Origin: Synergistaceae bacterium
GTDB taxonomy: Bacteria; Synergistota; Synergistia; Synergistales; 79-D21
Reading direction: 5' to 3'
Assembly (NCBI GenBank): GCA_012517195.1
Contig: JAAYVK010000031.1
Coordinates: forward strand, 1 to 58,360
Length of the DNA stretch: 58,360 nucleotides
Positions within the stretch are counted from its first letter, which is position 1; the number at the start of each line of letters is the position of its first letter. A model generated the notes under the pieces. The model did not search any database, had not been told where the DNA came from, and saw nothing but the letters and a program-made list of their open reading frames with translations. The translations under genes were made by a program, and so were the position numbers. Positions 15,952 through 23,424 of this stretch are shown in pieces.

Positions 15952-16523
15952 ATCCAGAGTCCTTTCGTGCTGGCTTCTCGGCTGGAAGGGACGAGAGCCG
16001 ACCGGAGGGCCCTGGCGGCGCCCTTGAAGATTGCCTCCGCCAGGTGATGGGAATTGTCGACCGCAAGGGCATGGATATGGAGAGTCAGTTTCCCTTCCCG
16101 GGCGAAGGCCGTCCAGAATTCTCGAACCAGTTCCGTGTCGAAATCGCCGCAGCGTTGAGTGGGGAATACGGCATTCCAGGTGAGTCCCCCGCGGCCGCTG
16201 ATGTCCGTCGCCACCAGGACGAGCGTGCCGTCCATGGGGAGAGCGATCGAGGCGTAGCGTTGGCAGGGGCCGCTCCTGAAAAGATCCAGGAAAGCCGATC
16301 CCATAACGATCCCCACATCCTCGGTCAGGTGATGGGCGTCCACCTCGGTATCGCCCGACGCTATCAGTTTTGCCGGGATATCGGCATGGTGGAGGAAGAG
16401 GCCGATCATATGGTTCAGAAATCCGAGGGGAGTTTCCACCCGGACCGTTTCCCCCGGGGGAAGGAACTCGAACTCCACAGCCGTTTCTCTGGAACACCTC
16501 TCATACCGCTTTTCCATCCTCAT
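15948..16523 (-). CDS. hisB: Imidazoleglycerol-phosphate dehydratase
   Basis: ...RETAVEFEF...GFLNHMIGLFLHH...DAHHLTEDVGI...HHLAEAIFKGAARAL. The start at 16523 (alternative 16517) has SD GAGGAAAG and overlaps the hisG 3' end. Confidence 0.92.
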   Translation of the reverse strand: MRMEKRYERCSRETAVEFEFLPPGETVRVETPLGFLNHMIGLFLHHADIPAKLIASGDTEVDAHHLTEDVGIVMGSAFLDLFRSGPCQRYASIALPMDGTLVLVATDISGRGGLTWNAVFPTQRCGDFDTELVREFWTAFAREGKLTLHIHALAVDNSHHLAEAIFKGAARALRSALVPSSREASTKGLWI

Positions 16524-17163
16524 CGCCCGCTTTCCTCGAAGAACTGGAGAATTTGCCGATGATCTCCTCGATGCCATCCCAGGCCAGCTGAAGGCTTTTG
16601 CAGCTCGCAACGAATTTCAGGCTGACCGGGGCGATTTCCGCGATCACGGAAAGCGCGTTGGCCTTAAGGGTCGAGCCGGTCTGGACGATATCGACGATGC
16701 AGTCGCTCAGCCCCAGGCGGGGAGCCATTTCGATCGAACCGTTGAGGTGAACGAATTCGACCTGGATTCCCCGGTCCGCGAAAAAAGCTTCCGCGATCCG
16801 GGGGTACTTGGTGGCGACCCTGAGCCCCATCAGCCGGCTTTCGTGGCCGAGGAACCGAGCCGCGACTTTTTTCGGGCCCGCCAGGACGATCCGGCAAACC
16901 CCTCTTCCCGTGTCCGCAAGTTCCACGAGGGAAGCGCCGGTTTCCCAGATCACGTCCGAACCTGCGAGGGCAAGGTCTGCGATCCCGTAATGGACATAGA
17001 CAGGGACATCCATGGGCTTCGCGAGAAGAAAGCGGAACTCGCCCTCCTGGATGACCAGGGACCGCCCCCTTTCCCTCAGCCTGAGCGTTGGAATTCCGAG
17101 GTTTTCAAGAACTTCGACCGCCTCGTCCAGAACCCGCCCGGTCGGAAGGCAAAGCGTCAGCAT
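16501..17163 (-). CDS. hisG: ATP phosphoribosyltransferase, short (HisZ-dependent) form
   Basis: MLTLCLPTGRVLDEAVEVL...FLLAKPMDVPVYVHYGIADLALAGSDV...DIVQTGSTLKAN. At about 220 aa it has no C-terminal regulatory domain. The start overlaps the hisZ stop. Confidence 0.92.
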   Translation of the reverse strand: MLTLCLPTGRVLDEAVEVLENLGIPTLRLRERGRSLVIQEGEFRFLLAKPMDVPVYVHYGIADLALAGSDVIWETGASLVELADTGRGVCRIVLAGPKKVAARFLGHESRLMGLRVATKYPRIAEAFFADRGIQVEFVHLNGSIEMAPRLGLSDCIVDIVQTGSTLKANALSVIAEIAPVSLKFVASCKSLQLAWDGIEEIIGKFSSSSRKAGDEDGKAV

Positions 17164-18338
17164 CCGTTCTCCTCCTCTTCCATTGAATCCAGCGGGAAGG
17201 CGGTGCACGCCGGCAGGTCGATCCACCAGCCGTAGTTTCTCGAACGGGCGAGCTGGATCGCGCCCTCTCTATTCTCCTGCCAGCTCAGCTCGATTCGGTA
17301 TCCAGAGGCGATAAAATCATCCGCCCGCTCGAGGGCGACTCTCGGGGAAAGTTCTCCGCACCAGGCGACCGCAGGTGTTGGGCCTTCAAAGCGGGAAAGT
17401 GAGGCAACCGTCCTCAGGTCCAGCCCGAATCCAAGGGCCTGCCCAACAATGCCGTACTGTTCCAGCAGTCCGTCGTACCTTCCTCCGCCTCCGAGGCTGA
17501 AACCCGCACTTCCTGAAAAGATCTCGAAAACGGGGCCGCTGTAATACCCCAGTTCCCGGGCCAGGGCGAGGTCGAGCCTAAGGTTTTCTCCCAGCCCGAG
17601 TTCTTCAAGTGCTTCGACGATCAGGGCCAAATCCCGCAAGGGCTGTGTTTCACCGAAGAGGCGAGTTGCTTCCTTCAAGGTTCTGGGAGCGTTTCCCCGT
17701 AAATACGGAAGTCGAAAAAGCGGATCCTCCTCCCCTCTCGGTAGATGGGCTTCCCCAAGGGCGTCGAAGAAGGCTTCGTAACGGCGTTCAAGAAGCGCGA
17801 ACGTCAGCGTGGAAGCGAGCGAACGATCGAGATTCGAAAGGGACTCCCTGAGAAAACCCGCATGACCGAGCACGACGACGGGGGAATGAATGCCGAGCCG
17901 TCGCAGGGATCTCAGGAGAAGTGCGATGACTTCGACATCCGCCCCTTGTCCTTCCCATCCGAGAAGCTCCGCTCCAAACTGCATTTTTTCGAAGTCGGTT
18001 TCCGGCGGGATTGGAGCCCTGTAAAGGGGGCCCGCGTAGCAAACCCGCAGCGGTCTTTCCTGTGGCGAAAAGTGCGACGAGAGATAGGCGACTGCAGCCA
18101 GGGTCAGGTCCGCCCTCAGGAAGCAGGGTTCACCGGAAGGGGTGTAGACGGGGATCAGGCGCTTCCTGAAGCGTGGCGGGAGTTTTTCCCACGCGGATTC
18201 AAAAAGCTGGAGCCCCGGGGCGTAAAAGGGTTGGTAGCCGTATGCGGAGAAGGTTTCGAAAAAAACTTTCCTGCAGCGTTCGACCCTTTCTCCCTCCCTG
18301 CCCCCGAGCGTCCGTGTTCCCTTTGGTTGACGGCTCAA
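17157..18338 (-). CDS. hisZ: ATP phosphoribosyltransferase regulatory subunit
   Basis: HisRS-paralogue pattern: (M)SRQPKGTRTL...FETFSAYGYQPFYAPGLQLFE...FLRADLTLAAV...GGGGRYDGL. The TTG at 18338 overlaps the hisD stop (AATTGA). About 393 aa. Confidence 0.85.
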   Translation of the reverse strand: MSRQPKGTRTLGGREGERVERCRKVFFETFSAYGYQPFYAPGLQLFESAWEKLPPRFRKRLIPVYTPSGEPCFLRADLTLAAVAYLSSHFSPQERPLRVCYAGPLYRAPIPPETDFEKMQFGAELLGWEGQGADVEVIALLLRSLRRLGIHSPVVVLGHAGFLRESLSNLDRSLASTLTFALLERRYEAFFDALGEAHLPRGEEDPLFRLPYLRGNAPRTLKEATRLFGETQPLRDLALIVEALEELGLGENLRLDLALARELGYYSGPVFEIFSGSAGFSLGGGGRYDGLLEQYGIVGQALGFGLDLRTVASLSRFEGPTPAVAWCGELSPRVALERADDFIASGYRIELSWQENREGAIQLARSRNYGWWIDLPACTAFPLDSMEEEENGC

Positions 18339-19597
18339 TTCCCGGATCCCCCCCTCAGCCGCATCGCGAGGGCGTGGGCGTGCAGCCCTTCCGCGAGAGC
18401 CAGGCATTCTCCCGGCTTTGACAGGGAAGCGGCCGCCTCCTTCGTCATTTCCAGGTGGGTCAGGGGCCTCAGGAAAGTTCCGACCCAAAGGCCGCCGGAG
18501 TAGCGGGCGCGCCCCTCTGTGGGGAGAACATGGTTGGTCCCGGCGATGTAGTCTCCGAAGGCTTCCGCAGAATGGTGACCGAGGAAGGCGGCCCCATAAG
18601 CCGTGCATTTCTCCAGGACTTCGCGCGGATTTTGAACGGCGAGTTCTAGGTGTTCCGGGGCAACCCGGTTTGCGGCGCTGACGGCTTCCTCGAGGCTGCA
18701 TAGGGCAACTGTTCCTGACGCCTCCCAGGCCTGTTGTGCCGTCTTTGCCGTGGGCAGCGTGCGCAGGAGGTTCTCGACTGCCGCCAGAGTCCTGCTTACC
18801 AGGCTTTCCTCAAGGCCATACAGGGAAACCCGGGCCAGTGGATCGTGTTCGGCCTGGGCCAGCAGGTCGGAGGCAAGGACGCCGGGATCTGCCGTGTGAT
18901 CAGCGATGATAAGGACTTCGCTTGGTCCGGCCAGGCTATCGATGCCGACCCTCCCGAACATCTGTCTTTTTGCTTCCGTCACGTAGGCGTTTCCAGGTCC
19001 TGCCAGAAGATCGACCGGAGGAATCCCCGGAAGCCCCCTGACCAAGGCTCCGACTCCCTGGGCTCCGCCCACCGCGAGGACCTCTTTCAGGCCGAGAAGG
19101 GACAATGTGGCCAGGATTGGCTTGGATATGCCCGAACTGCCCCTGGGGGGCGAGAAGGCGACAATTCGGGGAACCCCGGCTTCCTGGGCCGGGATGATCC
19201 CCATCACGGCCGTGCTGATCAGCGGATAGCGGCCCCCTGGGATGTAAACCCCTGCGCTTCTGACGGGAAGGAACCGCATGCCGGCCCTGATGCCCTGCGA
19301 GATTTCCCATTCCTGGTCCCTGAACATCTCCCGTTGTGCCCTGTGAAAGGCACGGACGTGATCGATGGCGATTTCGACCGCTTGCCTCAGGGACGGGTCC
19401 ATTTGGGCAAGGGCCTCGTTCATGGCCTTTTCCCGAACCAGGATGGGGCCTTCGTAGCCGTCCAAGTGGCGGTTGAGTTCTGACAGGGCCTTTTCTCCAT
19501 CCTCGAAAACCCGTTGGAGAATCGAATGAACCCGTTCCTGGATGGAACGGTCGATGGACTCACGGTTAGAAGATGCGGGGGCCTTGACGATGATCAT
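18335..19597 (-). CDS. hisD: Histidinol dehydrogenase
   Basis: 420 aa. ...VYIPGGRYPLISTAVM...LAGPSEVLIIAD...QAEHD...APEHLEL... are histidinol dehydrogenase signatures. Confidence 0.95.
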   Translation of the reverse strand: MIIVKAPASSNRESIDRSIQERVHSILQRVFEDGEKALSELNRHLDGYEGPILVREKAMNEALAQMDPSLRQAVEIAIDHVRAFHRAQREMFRDQEWEISQGIRAGMRFLPVRSAGVYIPGGRYPLISTAVMGIIPAQEAGVPRIVAFSPPRGSSGISKPILATLSLLGLKEVLAVGGAQGVGALVRGLPGIPPVDLLAGPGNAYVTEAKRQMFGRVGIDSLAGPSEVLIIADHTADPGVLASDLLAQAEHDPLARVSLYGLEESLVSRTLAAVENLLRTLPTAKTAQQAWEASGTVALCSLEEAVSAANRVAPEHLELAVQNPREVLEKCTAYGAAFLGHHSAEAFGDYIAGTNHVLPTEGRARYSGGLWVGTFLRPLTHLEMTKEAAASLSKPGECLALAEGLHAHALAMRLRGGSGN

Positions 19598-19653
19598 GCA
19601 AGTCTCCTTTACTAGTTTAGTATAATAGCAAGATAAGAATTGGCGCGGATTGC

Positions 19654-19683
19654 ATCATATCACGCTACCCAAGCTCCTGTAAA
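19654..19683 (-). promoter_or_regulatory. Candidate his operon promoter
   Basis: The minus strand reads TTTACA-18 nt-TATGAT with an extended TG (TGaTATGAT), about 55 nt upstream of the hisD ATG. Confidence 0.4.
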
Positions 19684-19730
19684 GGGGATTCGGAAATGGA
19701 AACCCTTTTAGCAATTGGAAGGGGTCAAGG

Positions 19731-19759
19731 TCGACAAACACGACGAGAGTTGTTAAAAT
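19731..19759 (+). promoter_or_regulatory. Candidate radA promoter
   Basis: TCGACA-17 nt-TAAAAT in the AT-rich divergent region, 45 nt upstream of the radA ATG. Confidence 0.35.
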
Positions 19760-19803
19760 CTATCGTGTTAAATTGTAGAAGTCTGGAGGCAAAAGGGAAC
19801 ATA

Positions 19804-21150
19804 ATGGCGAAAAAGCCGGGGGAAAAACGCTTTCGTTGCTCAGAATGCGGTTTTTTTTCCCTGACCTGGTCAGGGAAATGTCCTGCCTGCGGAAGTTGGG
19901 GAACTTTCGAGGAAGAACGGGCCGAATTCCCGCCCTCCGGCCCTGCCTCGAAAACGGTGACGCCCGTGTCGGGCCTCTTCGACCTTGCGTTGCCCAGGAG
20001 AATCCCCTCCGGAATCGAAGAGTTGGACCGGGTGACAGGCGGGGGCTGGGTCGAGGGGAGCGTGGCCCTGCTGGCAGGCGAGCCTGGGATCGGAAAATCC
20101 ACCCTGCTGCTTCAAACCTGTGCTGCCATTTCAAGGGCGGGCTACAGGGTCCTCTATGTTTCGGGAGAAGAGGCAGCCTCGCAGGTTGCCTTGAGGGCGA
20201 GGCGTCTCGGTGCGGCGGATTCGGGAGTTTCGGTCCTTTGCCAGGAAAGCGTTCAGGAGATTCTGCCGCTGCTTCAGGGGTACGATTTTGCGGTGTTTGA
20301 CAGTGTTCAGGCCCTGCGCCATACGGACACGCCGGGTTGGCCGGGGACGCCGGGGCAGGTTCGAGCCGTCGCGCAGGTTATCTCGGAGGAAGCCAGAAGA
20401 TGCGGCTGCTCTTCGGTCCTTGTCGGGCACATTACAAAAGACGGCCAGATCGCGGGTCCCAAGCTTCTCGAACACATGGTGGACGTCGTCCTGTACTTTA
20501 CCGGTGAAAGGACTTCCGCCTACCGGCACGTCCGGGGAGTGAAAAATCGTTATGGCAGTACGGATGAATTAGGAGTTTTCGAGATGGCGGAAGCGGGCCT
20601 GGTGGGAATTCCGGATCCCAGCCGGCTCTACTGGAACGAAAACGAGGAACCCATCCCCGGAACCGCCGTGACGGTTGTCCTGGAAGGGGCTCGTCCCCTG
20701 GTGGCGGAGATCCAGTCGCTATCCTGCAACACTCCGTTTCCCTACCCGAAAAGGACGGCCCGCGGGGTGTCCGTCAGCCGAATGGGACTTCTTTTGGCGG
20801 TTCTGGAACGGAGGGGGGGATTGCCCTCGCGGTCGATGGATGTCTTCATGAACGTTGTGGGAGGGCTTCATATCGAGGATCCGGCTGCTGACCTGGCCGT
20901 CTGCATGTCTCTCGCTTCTTCCCTTTCGGACCTTCCTTTGCCCCGCGACACGGTGTTTATCGGCGAAGTGGGATTGGGAGGAGAAGTCCGTCCCGTACCG
21001 CGCATCGCAACGCGGATCAGGGAATCATCCCGGCTTTGCTTTTCCACGGTTGTCACAAGCCGTTACCAGGATCAGGATGCCCCGGCGGGGATCCGAATCG
21101 TGAAAGTGGGATCACTCGGAGAGGCAATGAAGGAGTTGACCGGGGGATGA
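19804..21150 (+). CDS. radA: DNA repair protein RadA/Sms
   Basis: MAKKPGEKRFRCSECGFFSLTWSGKCPACGSWGTF is the zinc finger. GEPGIGKSTLLLQ is Walker A. KNRYG and a Lon-like C-terminal domain follow. Confidence 0.95.
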   Translation: MAKKPGEKRFRCSECGFFSLTWSGKCPACGSWGTFEEERAEFPPSGPASKTVTPVSGLFDLALPRRIPSGIEELDRVTGGGWVEGSVALLAGEPGIGKSTLLLQTCAAISRAGYRVLYVSGEEAASQVALRARRLGAADSGVSVLCQESVQEILPLLQGYDFAVFDSVQALRHTDTPGWPGTPGQVRAVAQVISEEARRCGCSSVLVGHITKDGQIAGPKLLEHMVDVVLYFTGERTSAYRHVRGVKNRYGSTDELGVFEMAEAGLVGIPDPSRLYWNENEEPIPGTAVTVVLEGARPLVAEIQSLSCNTPFPYPKRTARGVSVSRMGLLLAVLERRGGLPSRSMDVFMNVVGGLHIEDPAADLAVCMSLASSLSDLPLPRDTVFIGEVGLGGEVRPVPRIATRIRESSRLCFSTVVTSRYQDQDAPAGIRIVKVGSLGEAMKELTGG

Positions 21151-22502
21151 AAAAATGGATCAAAGTGGCTCTGGGCGTTTTTCTCGTTGTTTTTTCCCTT
21201 TCTGGAATTGCTGAAAGTGCGCCCCTGCCGGCGGAAAAGACGGCGATTGTCGTATCCGTGCCGATGGAGGGGGTTGTGGGGGTTTCCCTTGAAAATTATC
21301 TGGAAGAGGCGTTCGCCTATGCCCTGAAGGAAAGGGCAGCCCTGGTGGTGATTGGCCTGGATACCCCCGGAGGCCTGGTGACCTCGATGCGTGGGATGTC
21401 CCAGAAAATCCTTTCCGCACCGATCCCTGTGGCGGTTTGGGTGGGTCCAACCGGTGCCCGGGCGGCATCGGCGGGTGCGTTTCTGGTGATGGCCGCCCAT
21501 ATCGCGGCCATGGCACCTGGGACGAACATCGGGGCGGCCCACCCGGTCAGTGCTTCCGGGCAGGATGTGCAGGACAGCGAACTGAACCGGAAAATCACCA
21601 ATGACCTTGCCGCACAGATGCGGTCCCTCGCTGAGGAACGGGGGAGGAACGCCGGGGTGGCGGCATCGATGGTTCTTAACAGCGTTTCTCTGACCGCCAG
21701 GGAAGCCTTGGACAAGAAGGTGATCGACACAATCGCCCCAGATGTCCCGTCCCTGCTCAAGTGGGCCGACCGCCGCAGGGTGAGGGTTAATGCGGACGAA
21801 GTCGCCCTGGACCTCAGGCGCTACGAGATCCGGACCTTTGAAATGAGCGCACGGCTTCGGGCCCTTCACTTCGTTTCCCGGCCGGATGTGGCCTATCTGC
21901 TGCTGACGCTCGGCATGCTTGCGATCGTTTTCGAGGTCCTGACACCGGGGGGGTTCGTCCTGGGGACGGCAGGAGCCGTGATGGCGCTCATCGGCGCGTA
22001 CGGCCTGAGGATGCTTCCGTTCAACTGGGCGGGGATCATCCTTCTGGCGGCCGGAATCGTCGTTCTCGTCCTGGATCTCGTCGTTGGGGGAATCGGTGTC
22101 CTGAGCCTTTTCGGGCTGGCGTCCCTCGTCGTGGGGTCGCTGGTACTTTTCAGGGCGCCTGGGGGTGAGCTCTTGAACGTTTCGTTCGGATTCATGGCAG
22201 GGGTTGCCCTGACCCTGGGCCTTTTCTTTATCCTGGCGGCAGGAGCCGTGTGGCGTTCCGCGAGGAAGAGGGTAACTTCTGGGCAGGAAGGAATGGTCCA
22301 TGATGAAGGCGTTGTCGTCGAAGACCTGACTCCTTACGGCTTTGTGAGCTGTCACGGAGAAGTCTGGAAGGCCGTTACCGAAGATGGGACAAGCATCCCC
22401 AAGGGAACCCGGGTCCGGGTTTCCCGGGCCGAAGGCCTGTTGCTCCACGTAAGGGAAGAAAAAACGGAATCCTTGAAGGAGAAGGGAGCGGAGCGCAAAT
22501 GA
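21147..22502 (+). CDS. NfeD-family membrane-bound ClpP-class serine protease
   Basis: Signal/TM segment MKKWIKVALGVFLVVFSL. A ClpP-like domain follows (IGLDTPGGLV...AASAGAFL), then several TM segments and a C-terminal OB-fold (GEVWKA). ATGA overlap with the radA stop. Confidence 0.85.
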   Translation: MKKWIKVALGVFLVVFSLSGIAESAPLPAEKTAIVVSVPMEGVVGVSLENYLEEAFAYALKERAALVVIGLDTPGGLVTSMRGMSQKILSAPIPVAVWVGPTGARAASAGAFLVMAAHIAAMAPGTNIGAAHPVSASGQDVQDSELNRKITNDLAAQMRSLAEERGRNAGVAASMVLNSVSLTAREALDKKVIDTIAPDVPSLLKWADRRRVRVNADEVALDLRRYEIRTFEMSARLRALHFVSRPDVAYLLLTLGMLAIVFEVLTPGGFVLGTAGAVMALIGAYGLRMLPFNWAGIILLAAGIVVLVLDLVVGGIGVLSLFGLASLVVGSLVLFRAPGGELLNVSFGFMAGVALTLGLFFILAAGAVWRSARKRVTSGQEGMVHDEGVVVEDLTPYGFVSCHGEVWKAVTEDGTSIPKGTRVRVSRAEGLLLHVREEKTESLKEKGAERK

Positions 22503-23296
22503 TCGGTAGCCTGATCGATTTTCTTTTCAACGCGGGAAGCACGCTAGGGATTCTTTTGATCGCGGTTGTCCTTCTGACTTCTGCGGTCAAGATCATTCCG
22601 GAATACCAGAGAGGCGTCGTTTTCCGTCTCGGACGGCTTGTCGGGGCAAAAGGTCCGGGTCTTGTTCTAATCGTCCCCTTTGTTGACCGGATGGTTCGGA
22701 CCGACCTCAGGGTCGTTACGCTGGATGTCCCGGTCCAGGAAGTGATCACGAAGGACAACGTCCCGATCAAGGTTAACGCGGTCGTCTATTTCAGGGTCAT
22801 GGATCCCAACCGTTCGGTGGTCGAGGTCGAAAACTACATCATGGCCACCAGCCAGCTTTCCCAGACGACCCTTCGGTCGGTGATCGGACGGGCGGAACTG
22901 GACGAAGTGCTGAGCGAAAGGGACAAGATCAACCTTGAGCTGCAGAAGATCATCGATGAAAAGACCGACCCCTGGGGGATCAAGGTCAGCGCTGTCGAAG
23001 TCAAGGAACTGGAGCTGCCAGAGGGGATGAAGAGGGCCATGGCGCGCCAGGCGGAGGCCGAGAGGGAACGGAGGGCGAAAATCATCAGCGCCGAGGGAGA
23101 GGCCCAGGCTGCAGAAAGGCTAAGCGAGGCCGCACGGATCATGGCCGTGAGTCCGGTTACCTTACAGCTTCGGTACCTTCAGACCATGAGGGAGATTGCG
23201 AGCGAGAAGAACTCGATGACGCTTTTCCCCTTCCCCTTTGAAATCGTGAAAGCGTTCATGGAACGGAGCACCCCGGAAAAGAGACCTCCCGAATAG
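22499..23296 (+). CDS. SPFH/band-7 (stomatin-like) protein
   Basis: N-terminal TM segment, then VKIIPEYQRGVVFRLGR...PVQEVITKDNVPIKVNAVVYFRV...AEAERERRAKIISAEGE. ATGA overlap with the NfeD stop. Confidence 0.9.
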   Translation: MIGSLIDFLFNAGSTLGILLIAVVLLTSAVKIIPEYQRGVVFRLGRLVGAKGPGLVLIVPFVDRMVRTDLRVVTLDVPVQEVITKDNVPIKVNAVVYFRVMDPNRSVVEVENYIMATSQLSQTTLRSVIGRAELDEVLSERDKINLELQKIIDEKTDPWGIKVSAVEVKELELPEGMKRAMARQAEAERERRAKIISAEGEAQAAERLSEAARIMAVSPVTLQLRYLQTMREIASEKNSMTLFPFPFEIVKAFMERSTPEKRPPE

Positions 23297-23309
23297 GCAG
23301 GAAGCCTGC

Positions 23310-23350
23310 AGGGGCGCAGGTCCTTTCGGGCCTGCGCCTCTGCTTGTTTT
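23310..23350 (+). terminator. Rho-independent terminator after the radA-nfeD-SPFH unit
   Basis: aggggcgcagg-tcctttcgg-cctgcgcctct followed by gcttgtttt. Confidence 0.7.
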
Positions 23351-23377
23351 GCCTATGCTTGCCAAGGTGGGTATAAT
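23349..23377 (+). promoter_or_regulatory. Sigma-70-type promoter of leuS
   Basis: TTGCCT-17 nt-TATAAT, 48 nt upstream of the leuS ATG. Confidence 0.65.
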
Positions 23378-23424
23378 AAACCAACATCCGGTTTGGATGG
23401 TTTAACGGGAGGGGAGAGGCCTAG

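Noticed and set aside
15952-16497. 182-codon N-terminal extension of the hisH ORF
   Set aside because: It overlaps hisB in another frame. The canonical HisH N-terminus MIGIIDYGAGN begins at 15951 with an ATGA overlap to the hisB stop.
18339-18701. About 120-codon N-terminal extension of the hisZ ORF
   Set aside because: It overlaps the hisD 3' region in another frame and is Arg/Pro-rich. HisZ homology begins at the TTG at 18338 (SRQPKGTRTL).
19598-19803. AT-rich hisD/radA spacer as a mobile-element scar or origin
   Set aside because: It contains no repeats, no integrase or att-like sequence and no DnaA boxes. It is well explained as two back-to-back promoters.
21072-22448. 458-aa minus-strand ORF
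   Set aside because: It is antisense to the NfeD gene. It is highly charged and low-complexity (D/R/H/P/G) with no SD.
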